Source: an uncultured Candidatus Binatia bacterium (GTDB lineage Bacteria; Desulfobacterota; Binatia; UBA9968; JAJDTQ01). From it: 64,000 bases of DNA. Both the position numbers and the translations under genes were made by a program. Under the pieces are notes generated by a model, which did not search any database, had not been told where the DNA came from, and was given only the letters and a program-made list of their open reading frames with translations. The DNA lies in NCBI GenBank assembly GCA_965242525.1, contig OZ251459.1, positions 1,216,001-1,280,000 on the forward strand. The letters run 5' to 3'. Of the stretch, positions 36,892 through 46,383 are shown piece by piece. Position 1 is the stretch's first letter; each line of letters starts with the position of its first letter.

Positions 36892-38235
36892 TCAACCGGA
36901 CGGCTTCCGGGCGAGCTTTCCGGTCACGTTGTCCGCGATCCACTTGGCGTCCCACCACTCCAGCGGCAGCACCGCGACTCCCTGGATATAGACCCCGTAG
37001 TGGAGGTGGTCGCCCAGGGCCAGGCCGGTCTCCCCCGTGCGTCCGATGGCGGTCCCGGTCTTCACCGCGTCACCCTGTTTCACCGCCACCGAGCTCAGGT
37101 GCGAGTACAGGGTGCACAGCCCGAAGCCGTGGTCGATGATCACCGTGTTGCCGTAGATGCCCAGGGGACCGGCGAAGGTCACGGCGCCGCCATTGGAGGC
37201 TCCCACCGGGTACTGCCGGGTGACCGCGAGGTCGTAACCGAGATGCCGCGCCTCGTCGATCTTCTCGTTCCGGTAGAAGTAGGAGCGGTGGTCGGCGAAG
37301 TAGGCCTGCACCGCGGAATTGGCAAGCTGCCGGAACCGGCCGCTCCAGAGCTTCTTCGGCGCCGAGTTCCGGCACACCTTTGTGATGGTCTCGGCGTTGG
37401 CCCGCCTCATGTCGCGGTTGACCTTGAGGAAGCGTTCCCGGGGGCTGCCGGGGTCCCCGCCGGCGTCGGCCAGCAGCGGGCCGATCTTGTACCGGATGAA
37501 GTCGTCGGATATGGGGACGTCGGACTTCCGGTACTGGAGCGGCCTCGCGACGTAGTCCAGCGGGGACTCCCTCGTGTTGCCCGCCCGGTCTTCCGCCACG
37601 ATCACCGCCCGTTGGCTGACCGGGACGTCGTAGGGGTGGGAGAAGAACGCCAGGAACTCGTGGGGGTCGGCCAGACGTCCCCGATAGCCGGGAAACGAGT
37701 ATTGGCCGATGCGGACCCCGCTCTTCTCCGTGTCCGGCGAAGCCCGGTAGGTCACCAGGCCCGTGCCCCCCTGGGTGATGTAGCGGTCGCCTTCGATGAT
37801 CTCCACCGAAGGAGGCGTGAGGTCCAGGGTCACGTCCTTCGTCCACTCGGTCCGGTTGCCCCTGAAGAAACCCCAGTAGGAGCGATCCCTTGCGGTGACG
37901 GTCAAGACCGCGGGGCCGTCCTCCAGCCCGTGCTGCGCCGGGTCGATGCGCACGGGTATCTCGAAAGACTCCACCGGGGCCTCGAACTCCCGGTAGTGGA
38001 TGGGGAACGACTGCCCGGCCGCTGCCAAGCTGACCGACACCTGCGCGAGGCCCTTGCCTCGGTCGTGGACCGCCACCACGAAAGGACGCCGTCCCAGGGC
38101 CTCCCCTTCCAGATCGACCCGGACCCGGGGCGGATGCCACTCGAACTGCCAGAGGACCAGGAAACCGCCCAGAGCCAGCGCCAAGGCCAGGACGATCAGC
38201 CCTTGCAGTCCGGTGAATCGTCTCGGCGCGTTCAT
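36892..38235 (-). CDS. M23 family metallopeptidase
   Basis: N-terminal TM; HLGYD, YGN, LYSHLS, HLHY. Confidence 0.92.
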   Translation of the reverse strand: MNAPRRFTGLQGLIVLALALALGGFLVLWQFEWHPPRVRVDLEGEALGRRPFVVAVHDRGKGLAQVSVSLAAAGQSFPIHYREFEAPVESFEIPVRIDPAQHGLEDGPAVLTVTARDRSYWGFFRGNRTEWTKDVTLDLTPPSVEIIEGDRYITQGGTGLVTYRASPDTEKSGVRIGQYSFPGYRGRLADPHEFLAFFSHPYDVPVSQRAVIVAEDRAGNTRESPLDYVARPLQYRKSDVPISDDFIRYKIGPLLADAGGDPGSPRERFLKVNRDMRRANAETITKVCRNSAPKKLWSGRFRQLANSAVQAYFADHRSYFYRNEKIDEARHLGYDLAVTRQYPVGASNGGAVTFAGPLGIYGNTVIIDHGFGLCTLYSHLSSVAVKQGDAVKTGTAIGRTGETGLALGDHLHYGVYIQGVAVLPLEWWDAKWIADNVTGKLARKPSG

Positions 38236-38289
38236 CGAAACAGTTCCGATTCCCCTTGCCCGCGCCCGGTCCATGGGTCGAGGGAGGGG

Positions 38290-38366
38290 TGGCGCGCCCG
38301 GAGGGACTCGAACCCCCGACCTTCAGGTTCGAAGCCTGCGGCTCTATCCACCTGAGCTACGGGCGC
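38290..38366 (-). tRNA. tRNA-Arg(TCG)
   Basis: GCGCCCGTAGCTCAGGTGGATAGAGC-CGCAGGCT-TCG-AACCTGA-AGGTC-GGGGGTTCGAGTCCCTC-CGGGCGCGCCA. Confidence 0.93.
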
Positions 38367-38380
38367 GCACGCCGCGGGCG

Positions 38381-39796
38381 TCATTCGGCGAGCTCCCACG
38401 TGGTGCCGGAGGGGCCGTCCTTCAGGACGACGCCCTTCTCCTTCAACGCGTCGCGGATGCCGTCGGCTTGGCCCCAGTCCTTGACCCGCCGGGCATGGTT
38501 CCGGTCCTCGACGAGCCGGCGCACCTCGTCCTCGGACAAGGCCCGGCGCGCAAGGCCCGCCAGCCTCCGGTCCTCCAGCACGCGCTCCGGAGGCGCCTGC
38601 ATGAGTCCCAGCGTCTCGGCCATGACCCGCAGGGCCTTCAGCCGGGCGTCGAGACCCGGGCCTTCCCCCCGGTCCAGCAGCCGGTTGACGGCCCGGACCT
38701 CCTCGAAGACCACCGCCAGGGCTCGCGGGGTGTTGAAGTCGTCGTCCATCTCCCCCCGGAAATCGTCCAGCGCCCCCGGGTCCGGGGCGCCGTCGGGCGA
38801 CCCGCCCGACGCCCGGTTCCCCCGGCTCGCGGTCTGGTAGATGCGGTCCACCGTGCGCTGGGCCTCCACGAGGGCCTCCTCCGAGAACTCGATGGGGTTC
38901 CGGTAATGGGTCGTCAGCATGTAGAGCCGCAAGGCCGTAGGGTCGAAGCGCCCCAGCGCCTCCCGGATGGTGAGGACGTTCCCGGTGGACTTGGACATCT
39001 TCTCCCTGGCCAGCCGGACGAAACCGTTGTGGATCCAGTAGCGGGCGAACGGCGTCCCGGCAGCGCATTCGGACTGGGCGATCTCGTTCTCGTTGTGGGG
39101 AAAGACCAGGTCCTGCCCGCCTCCGTGGATATCGAAGGGTTGCCCCAGGTACCTGGTGCTCATGGCCGAGCATTCGATGTGCCAGCCCGGCCGGCCCCTG
39201 CCCCAAGGACTTTCCCAGGAAGGCTCTCCCTCCTTGCTCTTCTTCCACAGGGCGAAGTCCATGGGATGCCGCTTGCGGTCGTCCACCTCGACCCTGGCCC
39301 CGGCGGTCATCTCGTCCAGGCTTCGGCCCGACAGCTTGCCGTAACCCGGGAAACTCTCCACCGCGAAGAAGACGTCGCCGCCGGACTCGTAAGCGTTGCC
39401 GCGCTCCATGAGTCGGGAGATGATCTCCACCATCTCGGGTATGTGGCCGGTGGCGCAAGGCTCCGACGTGGGCTCCAGCAGGCCCAGGGCCCCGGCGTCC
39501 CGGTGGAACTCGTCGATGTAACGCCGGGCCAGATCTTCGGGCGAGACCCCATCTTCCCGGGCCCGCTGGATGATCTTGTCGTCCACGTCGGTGAAGTTCC
39601 TGACGAAACGGCAGTCGAAGCCCAGGAACCGCAGGTAGCGGTAGATCACGTCGAAGGTCAGCAACGCCCGGGCGTGGCCGATGTGGCACCGGTCATAGAC
39701 GGTGACGCCGCACACGTACAAGGTCACCGCGCCCGGTTCCAGGGGCACGAACGGCTCCTTGCCGCCGCTCATGGTGTTGGTGATGCACAGGGGCAT
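38381..39796 (-). CDS. cysS: Cysteine--tRNA ligase
   Basis: YVCGVTVY, HIGH, GRPGWHIECS, KMSKS. Confidence 0.98.
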   Translation of the reverse strand: MPLCITNTMSGGKEPFVPLEPGAVTLYVCGVTVYDRCHIGHARALLTFDVIYRYLRFLGFDCRFVRNFTDVDDKIIQRAREDGVSPEDLARRYIDEFHRDAGALGLLEPTSEPCATGHIPEMVEIISRLMERGNAYESGGDVFFAVESFPGYGKLSGRSLDEMTAGARVEVDDRKRHPMDFALWKKSKEGEPSWESPWGRGRPGWHIECSAMSTRYLGQPFDIHGGGQDLVFPHNENEIAQSECAAGTPFARYWIHNGFVRLAREKMSKSTGNVLTIREALGRFDPTALRLYMLTTHYRNPIEFSEEALVEAQRTVDRIYQTASRGNRASGGSPDGAPDPGALDDFRGEMDDDFNTPRALAVVFEEVRAVNRLLDRGEGPGLDARLKALRVMAETLGLMQAPPERVLEDRRLAGLARRALSEDEVRRLVEDRNHARRVKDWGQADGIRDALKEKGVVLKDGPSGTTWELAE

Positions 39797-39849
39797 GGAG
39801 CTTCCATTCTACGGGACGGACCGGGATTTGCAAACATACGTCCCGAAGC

Positions 39850-40028
39850 TCAGGGTCGAGCGGAAACCGGGGGGCGCTCGCGCCAACTCGAACCGTCGGC
39901 GAGTTCCTGCGCATGGCGTTTCTGTTCCTCCCGGTCATCCGCTGCGAGGTCCGGCAGGACGATATCTTGCTCGACAACACACCCCGGCCCAGGTTTTCCT
40001 GCGCTTCGACTTGATCGGAGACCGTCAC
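39850..40028 (-). pseudogene. Probable internally deleted/frameshifted gene remnant
   Basis: N-terminal VTVSDQVEAQENLGRGVLSSK continues, after a frame change near 39968, as protein-like DIVLPDLAADDREEQKRHAQELADGSSWRERP to a stop at 39850; lower GC. Confidence 0.5.
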
Positions 40029-40037
40029 GCAGTCCGG

Positions 40038-40463
40038 TTATCCCGCTTGTTCGAGCTCGGACAGGGCTTCGTTTACGAATCCGTCCGGCAGCCTGTGGGT
40101 ATCCGAATAGCGCGCTCTCCGGTGAGCACCGTTCATGTGGACCAGACACAACGCGCCGCCGTCCGAACCGCACAGGAGCAGGACCGATCGTCCGGCTCCG
40201 CCCGGCGCATCGATGGCGATCTCGCCATCCGGCGTGGGGTAGATCTCGAAACGCCGGGGCGAGGTTCGGTACATGGCGTACAGCAGCCGGCGCGCGTTTC
40301 CCAACGCCTTACCGGACGGCGCCGGAAACCCCTCTTCGCGTGCTTCGTCCTCCGCCTGGGCCAGATCGAACAGGGCATCGCGCAGGTCAGGATGAACGAC
40401 AGAAGGATCCATGAGGGCTACATCCGACCGATTTTCGCCTGCCGCCCTTGCATCCTGTTCCAT
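40038..40463 (-). CDS. Hypothetical protein (lower-GC insert)
   Basis: 141 aa, GFPAPS...IYPTPDGEIAID...VLLLC; GAGG SD; the frame stays open upstream so the start is uncertain. Confidence 0.65.
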   Translation of the reverse strand: MEQDARAAGENRSDVALMDPSVVHPDLRDALFDLAQAEDEAREEGFPAPSGKALGNARRLLYAMYRTSPRRFEIYPTPDGEIAIDAPGGAGRSVLLLCGSDGGALCLVHMNGAHRRARYSDTHRLPDGFVNEALSELEQAG

Positions 40464-40655
40464 GACGTCCTCTTCCAACGTGGACAACGTAGTTCGTCCG
40501 GGAGACTCATCCGGCAACGAAGGTGTCGAACTCGCCCCTCTGACGGTGGACGAGTCGTAGAGCCTACGGGCTTGACAGTTTCTCTTGAGAGGGGCAACTC
40601 TCCCATCCGGCAAGGGCCTTCCCCCTGTTGGACCCCCTTGCCCGTTGCACCGGGA

Positions 40656-40684
40656 AATGTACGTTGGCGACACGTCTCCGTCAA
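40656..40684 (-). promoter_or_regulatory. sigma70 promoter for the 40-kb insert
   Basis: Minus strand TTGACG-N17-TACATT. Confidence 0.55.
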
Positions 40685-40712
40685 GGAATTCGATTGCAAG
40701 CGTTCCATGCAA

Positions 40713-40771
40713 GGGAAACCCTGAACGACGACCCCCGTTCATCCTGAGCGCAGCGAAGTGAAGCCGAAGGA
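40713..40771 (+). repeat. Partial MITE (left end plus one REP unit)
   Basis: GGGAAACCCTGAACGAC followed by ccgttcatcctgagcgcagcgaagtgaagccgaagga. Confidence 0.65.
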
Positions 40772-40823
40772 AGAACGGGGAATGCTTGCCAAAGTCCGCG
40801 AAACCGCATACACCGTGAACCCC

Positions 40824-42479
40824 ATGACCAACCAACGACCCTATGAGGACCTGCGCGAGTTCCTGGCGGTGCTCGAAGACGCGGGGAAGCTCGTCCGCGT
40901 TACGCGGGAAATCAACAAGGACACGGAGTTGCAGCCGCTGGTGCGGTTGCAGTTCCGGGGCCTGGAAGACGAGGAGCGCAAGGCGTTCCTGTTCGAGAAC
41001 GTCACCGACTCCAAGGGTCGGCGCTACGACGGCTCGGTGCTGGTGGGGGGGCTGTCCGGGTCCACCGCCATCTATTGCATGGGCCTCCGGTGCCGCCCGG
41101 ATGAGGTCCCGGACCGGTGGTTCGAGGCCATGGAGAACCCCGTCCCGCCGGAGACCGTGGCCCGGGGCCCGGTCATGGAGGTGGTCCACAAGGGCGGCGA
41201 CCTGCCCGCTAGCCGCGGCTTCGCCCGGTTCCCCATCCCCATCTCCACCCCGGGGTTCGACAACGGCCCCTACATCACCGCAGGCCACTGGATCACCAGG
41301 GACCCGGAGACGGGCGCGCGCAACGTGGGCAACTACCGGGGGCTGGTCAAGTCCCCGCTGGTCTGCGGGGCCAACTCGGGCACGCCCCAGGACCTCTCGG
41401 CCCACTGGGAGAAGTGCCGGCAGCGGGGCATCCCCCTGGAGGTGGCCATCGCCGTGGGCACGGTGCCCGCGGTCTCCTACACCGCTACCCAGAAGGTGCC
41501 GCCGGACATGGACGAGATCGCCCTGGCCGGCGGCCTGGCGCGCAGCCCCGTCCAACTCGTCAAGTGCCAGACCGTGGACCTGGAAGTGCCGGCCACCTCG
41601 GAGGTGGTGTTCGAGGGGATCATCCCCACCCATTACCTGGAGGAGGAAGGCCCGTTCGGCGAGTCCATGGGTTACGTGGACCCGCGCACCATCGGCCCGG
41701 TCATGGAGCTTACCTGCGTCATGCACCGAAAGGACCCCGTGTGGGTCTCCATCATCAGCCAGGTCACCCCCAGCGAGAGCTCGAAGATCAAGGCCATGGG
41801 GATGAGCACCCTGGTGCGCCGCTACCTCAACGGGCAGGGCTTCGAGTCCGTGCGCGAGGTCTATATGATGGAGGAGCTCGTGAACCTGCGGCCCTACGTC
41901 GCCGTGCGCATGAAGAAGGAGGACGACGACGAGCCCCGGCGAGTCATGGAGAGCGTGCTCCGGTACGGCGACCGGGTGGGCAAGTTCATCGTGACGGTGG
42001 ACGAGGACATCAACGTGAGCGACCCCGTGGCCGTGACCTGGGCCATCACGCACCGGTGCCAGCCCCACCGGGACGTCACCATCGTGCCCGACCGCCCCTT
42101 CGGGGCCACTCCCATCGGCATGGTGGTGAGCCACCCTTCCAGCCGGTACGACGGCGCCGACTCGGCGCTGCTCATCGACGCCACCCGCAAGGCCGACCTG
42201 CCCCCCCTGTCGCTGCCCAGGAAGCCCTACATGGACCGGGCGGTGGAGTTGTGGAAGGACCTCGGGCTGCCCGAGCTCCGGCTCAAGGAGCCGTGGCACG
42301 GCTACCTCATGGGGCTGTGGCCCGAGGAGCTGGACGAAGAGGCGCGCCTCGCGGCCGCGGGCGATTACGAGAAGGTGGGAGAGAAACTCAAGGGAACGCG
42401 CGTGAACGTGGGCGAGGGACAGACGCTCAAATCCATCCGTCAGGAGTGGGGCAAGACCCACGCCGGACGCTCGGTATGA
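40824..42479 (+). CDS. UbiD family (prFMN-dependent) decarboxylase
   Basis: DLREFL..LE..G.L, NVGNYR, VPATSEVVFEG, EGPFGE, VDEDI...D...V.WA; start estimated. Confidence 0.92.
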   Translation: MTNQRPYEDLREFLAVLEDAGKLVRVTREINKDTELQPLVRLQFRGLEDEERKAFLFENVTDSKGRRYDGSVLVGGLSGSTAIYCMGLRCRPDEVPDRWFEAMENPVPPETVARGPVMEVVHKGGDLPASRGFARFPIPISTPGFDNGPYITAGHWITRDPETGARNVGNYRGLVKSPLVCGANSGTPQDLSAHWEKCRQRGIPLEVAIAVGTVPAVSYTATQKVPPDMDEIALAGGLARSPVQLVKCQTVDLEVPATSEVVFEGIIPTHYLEEEGPFGESMGYVDPRTIGPVMELTCVMHRKDPVWVSIISQVTPSESSKIKAMGMSTLVRRYLNGQGFESVREVYMMEELVNLRPYVAVRMKKEDDDEPRRVMESVLRYGDRVGKFIVTVDEDINVSDPVAVTWAITHRCQPHRDVTIVPDRPFGATPIGMVVSHPSSRYDGADSALLIDATRKADLPPLSLPRKPYMDRAVELWKDLGLPELRLKEPWHGYLMGLWPEELDEEARLAAAGDYEKVGEKLKGTRVNVGEGQTLKSIRQEWGKTHAGRSV

Positions 42480-42604
42480 CCGGAGAGGGGACCCGGGTCG
42501 GGCCGCGGACGGGACGCGGCGGACGCCCCGGAACCCGCTGCGGCGGTCGGGAACGCCCCGCGGGTGAACCCGCGAACGTCGAGCGCTGCGAGTCGAGGCC
42601 AACC

Positions 42605-43171
42605 ATGAATTCAGCCATGAAGAGAGACTTGGTGCTGAACGTCAACGGCGAGGAGCACGACGTGGAGGTGCGGCCCAACCGCCTGCTGCTGGAGGCCCTG
42701 CGCGAGGACATCGGACTCACCGGCACCAAGGAGGGTTGCAGCATCGGCGTGTGCGGCGCGTGCAGCGTCATCGTGGACGGCCGGCTGGTGAGCTCGTGCC
42801 TGACCCTGGCGGTGTCCTGCCGGGGCAAGAAGATCGAGACCATCGAGGGGCTTGCCCAGGACGGCGCGCTCCACCCGCTCCAGCAGGCGTTCGTGCAGTA
42901 CGGCGGGCTCCAGTGCGGCATCTGCACCCCGGGACAGATCATGGCCGCCAAGGCGCTGCTGGACCAGGAACCCAACCCCGACACGGAGCAGGTGAAGGAG
43001 TGGATGTCCGCCAACCTGTGCCGCTGTACCGGTTATTACAAGATACTGGAGTCGGTCATGGCGGTGGTGGAAGGCAAGGTGACGGTGGAGAAGCGCGGCG
43101 ACACCGCCCACAAGGCCCGGATCCAGAGCCTCTACCAGTCCGACACCTACAAGAGCGGCTCCTCCGACTGA
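42605..43171 (+). CDS. Molybdenum hydroxylase small 2x[2Fe-2S] subunit (CoxS-like)
   Basis: GTKEGCSIGVCGAC, QCGICTPG, NLCRCTGY. Confidence 0.94.
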   Translation: MNSAMKRDLVLNVNGEEHDVEVRPNRLLLEALREDIGLTGTKEGCSIGVCGACSVIVDGRLVSSCLTLAVSCRGKKIETIEGLAQDGALHPLQQAFVQYGGLQCGICTPGQIMAAKALLDQEPNPDTEQVKEWMSANLCRCTGYYKILESVMAVVEGKVTVEKRGDTAHKARIQSLYQSDTYKSGSSD

Positions 43172-43196
43172 GGACGGAGCCGGCCGGAGAGGAGAC

Positions 43197-45479
43197 ATGG
43201 GCAAGGCAGGGAATTTCGCGGTGCTGGGCCGGAAGGTCGATCGGTTCGAGGGCCACGACAAGGTCACAGGCGGCGCGGCCTACGTGGCCGACGTCTTCCT
43301 CCCCGGAATGCTCACGGGCCGGATCCTGAGGAGCCCCCTGCCCCACGCCCGCATCCGCAGCATCGACGCCAGCCGGGCGGAGAAGGTCCGGGGGGTCAAG
43401 GCGGTGGTGACCGCGGACGACACCATCAAGCAGGGATGGGGGGCCTTCTTTCCCGACCAGTACCCCCTGTCCGTGGGCAAGGTCCGGTACGTGGGCGAGG
43501 AGGTGGCCGCGGTGGCCGCCATCGACCGGGACACCGCGGAGGAGGCGCTGGAGCGCATCGAGGTGGAATGGGAGGAGTTGCCCGCGGTCTTCGACGCGGA
43601 AGAGGCCATGCAGGACGGCGCGCCGCTCCTCCATGAGGACAAGGACAACAACGTGGCCCTCACCATCGACGTGGAGCGCGGCGACGTGGACGCGGCCTTC
43701 CGGGACTCGGACCTGGTGGTGGAGGACACCTTCGAGAGCGTGCCCCAGTGGCACTCGGCCATCGAGACCATCGGCAGCGTGGCCGACTACTCGGCCAACG
43801 GCAAGTACACGGTCTATATGAACACGCAGACGCTGTTCATGGCCCGGCACCGAATCGCGGTGGCCCTGGGCGTGCGCGAGGCCGACGTGCGCATCATCCA
43901 GACCGCGGTGGGCGGGGGGTTCGGCGGCAAGTCCTGCGACGACAACAACGCGGTGGTGAGCGCCATCCTGGCCCGCAAGGCCCGCCGCCCGGTGAAGATC
44001 ATCAACACCCGAGAGGAGGAGTTCCTGGCCGGCAGCCGGCCCCGGGTCAACATGAAGGTGTGGGTGCGCATGGGCTTCGAGCGCGACGGCCGGATCCGCG
44101 CCAAGCACATGAAGATCATCGCGGACAACGGCGCCTACAGCGGCAAGGCCCCGGCCATCACCGGGGTCGCGGCCCTGCGCCACGACACCTGCTACAAGTA
44201 CTCGGACGTCCGCTCCCAGGCGTACCTGGTCTATACCAACAAGATCCCCACCGGAGCGTTCCGGGGCTTCGGCAACCCCTCCGCGGAGTTCTCGGTGGAG
44301 CAGATGATGGACATGGCCGCGGACGAGCTGGGCATGGACCCGTTCGAGCTCGCGCGCCTCAACGCCGCGGAGCCGGACTACGTCTCGCCCCACGGCAACC
44401 GCGTCATCAGTTGCGAGCTCAAGCAGTGCATCGACCGCACCGAACGGATGATCGGCTGGAAGGAGAAACGCGCCAACCGGCAGCCCAACCGGGGGCTCGG
44501 CATGGGCTGCACCGTGCACGTGAGCGGCAAGCGCCACTTCGGCGACTACGACGGCAGCTCGGCCACCATCAAGATGAACGAGGACGGCAAGGCGTTCATC
44601 CTGAGCGGCGAGGGAGAGACCGGCCAGGGGCACTGGACCGCCATGTGCCAGATCGCCGCGGAGGAACTGGGCGTCCCCTTCTCCGACGTGGCCATCTCCG
44701 AAGCCGACACCGACCTCACCACGTTCTGCCTCGGCAACTACGCCAGCCGCCTGACCTACGTGGGCGGCAACGCGGTGAAGAACGCGGCCGCCAAGGTCAG
44801 GGAGATCCTGTTCGAGACCGCCTCGGAGATGCTGGAAGCGGACCCGTCGGACCTGGTGTCCCGGGACGGCTTCGTCTTCGTGCAGGGGGCCGAGCAGCGC
44901 TCCGTCAGCGTGGCGGACGTGGTGCGGACGCGGCAGTTCCGCCGCGGCGGCGCTCCGGTGGTGGCCTCCGGCAGCTTCGACGCCGACTCCGTGAGCCAGG
45001 ACAGCCTGCGCTACGGCAACGAGTCCGGGGCCTACAACTTCGGCTGCCAGGCCGCGGAGGTGGAGGTGGACCCGGAGACCGGCCGGGTGACCGTGCTCCG
45101 GTACGCGGTGGCGTCGGACTGCGGCACGGTCATCTTCCCGGTGGGAGCCGAGGGCCAAGTGGAAGGCTCCATCGCCCAGGGGCTCGGCTACGCGCTCATC
45201 GAAGGCATACGCATGGAGGAAGGCCGTCCGGTCAACCCCAACTTCAGCGACTACCGGCTGGCCTCCATGCGCGACATGCCCGACCTAGTGCACGAGTTCG
45301 CGGACTCCTACGAGCCCACCGGCCCCTTCGGCGCCAAGGGCCTGGGGGAGCTCGGCATGGACCCGGTGGCGGCCATCATCAGCAACGCCATCTACGACGC
45401 GGTGGGGGTGCGCATCAAGACCCTGCCCATCACCGCGGAGAAGGTGCTGCGGGCCATCCGGGAAAAGAAAGGGAGCTGA
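43197..45479 (+). CDS. Xanthine dehydrogenase family molybdopterin-binding subunit
   Basis: RSPLPHARI, VGGGFGGK, AFRGFG, GQG, EVEVDPETG, GAKGLGE. Confidence 0.94.
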   Translation: MGKAGNFAVLGRKVDRFEGHDKVTGGAAYVADVFLPGMLTGRILRSPLPHARIRSIDASRAEKVRGVKAVVTADDTIKQGWGAFFPDQYPLSVGKVRYVGEEVAAVAAIDRDTAEEALERIEVEWEELPAVFDAEEAMQDGAPLLHEDKDNNVALTIDVERGDVDAAFRDSDLVVEDTFESVPQWHSAIETIGSVADYSANGKYTVYMNTQTLFMARHRIAVALGVREADVRIIQTAVGGGFGGKSCDDNNAVVSAILARKARRPVKIINTREEEFLAGSRPRVNMKVWVRMGFERDGRIRAKHMKIIADNGAYSGKAPAITGVAALRHDTCYKYSDVRSQAYLVYTNKIPTGAFRGFGNPSAEFSVEQMMDMAADELGMDPFELARLNAAEPDYVSPHGNRVISCELKQCIDRTERMIGWKEKRANRQPNRGLGMGCTVHVSGKRHFGDYDGSSATIKMNEDGKAFILSGEGETGQGHWTAMCQIAAEELGVPFSDVAISEADTDLTTFCLGNYASRLTYVGGNAVKNAAAKVREILFETASEMLEADPSDLVSRDGFVFVQGAEQRSVSVADVVRTRQFRRGGAPVVASGSFDADSVSQDSLRYGNESGAYNFGCQAAEVEVDPETGRVTVLRYAVASDCGTVIFPVGAEGQVEGSIAQGLGYALIEGIRMEEGRPVNPNFSDYRLASMRDMPDLVHEFADSYEPTGPFGAKGLGELGMDPVAAIISNAIYDAVGVRIKTLPITAEKVLRAIREKKGS

Positions 45480-45481
45480 CC

Positions 45482-46345
45482 ATGCGGGCCGATTTCGACT
45501 ACCGGGAGCCCGCGAGCCTGGACGAGGCCTGCGGCCTGCTCCAGGAGCACGGCGGCGACGCCAAGCTACTGGCCGGCGGCACCGCCCTGGTCATGTGGCT
45601 ACGCATGGGGCTGCTGAGCCCCGGGGTCGTGGTCAGCCTCGACCAAGTGCCCGGCCTGGACGACATCTCCTTCGACCCCTCGGACGGCCTCCGCATCGGC
45701 GCCGGGGTCAGGCACCGGGACCTGGAGTTGTGCCCGGAGGTCCGGGAGCGCTATCCCCTGCTCCGGGAGACCTTCCACAAGGTGGCGCAACCGAGGATCC
45801 GCCTGATGGCCACCGTGGGCGGCAACCTGAGCCACGGCGACCCCATGACGGACCCGGGGGCGAGCTTCATGGCGCTGGACGCGGAGGTCACGCTCAGGAG
45901 CAGCCGGGGCGAGCGCGTCGTGCCGGTGGAGGAGTTCTTCGTGGACTACTACGAGACCGCGCTGGAGCCCGACGAGGTCCTCACGCGCGTGCGCGTGCCC
46001 CCGCCCGCGGCCCGGGGATGGTCCCACGTCAAGTTCACGCCCCGGAGCGAGGAAGACTTCGCCACCGTGGGAGTGGCCGTGACCATGAGCGGCGAGGGCG
46101 GCCGCTGTGACGACGTGCACATCGCCCTCAACTCCGCAGGCCCCGCCATCTTCCGCGCCCGGGCCGCGGAAGAGGTGCTGCGGGGCCGGGAAGCGACCCC
46201 CGCCCGGCTGGACGAGGCCGGGGCTGCGGCCGCGGCCGCGGCCGACCCCATCGAGGACGTGCGCGGCTCCTCCGAGTACAAGCGCGAGCTCGCCGCGGTC
46301 CTGGTGCGCCGGGCCGCGGCCGAGGCCCTCTCCCGGCTGGGGTGA
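45482..46345 (+). CDS. Molybdenum hydroxylase FAD-binding subunit (CoxM-like)
   Basis: LAGGT, IR.MATVGGN, DVRGS.EYK; 287 aa without a Cys-rich insertion. Confidence 0.93.
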   Translation: MRADFDYREPASLDEACGLLQEHGGDAKLLAGGTALVMWLRMGLLSPGVVVSLDQVPGLDDISFDPSDGLRIGAGVRHRDLELCPEVRERYPLLRETFHKVAQPRIRLMATVGGNLSHGDPMTDPGASFMALDAEVTLRSSRGERVVPVEEFFVDYYETALEPDEVLTRVRVPPPAARGWSHVKFTPRSEEDFATVGVAVTMSGEGGRCDDVHIALNSAGPAIFRARAAEEVLRGREATPARLDEAGAAAAAAADPIEDVRGSSEYKRELAAVLVRRAAAEALSRLG

Positions 46346-46383
46346 CCCTCCGCGAGAGCCGCCCGATAAACGGAAGGACCCCC

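Noticed and set aside
43197-46345. Aerobic CO dehydrogenase or 4-hydroxybenzoyl-CoA reductase call
   Set aside because: Lacks the AYxCSFR loop and the FAD-subunit [4Fe-4S] insertion, so left as generic XDH family.
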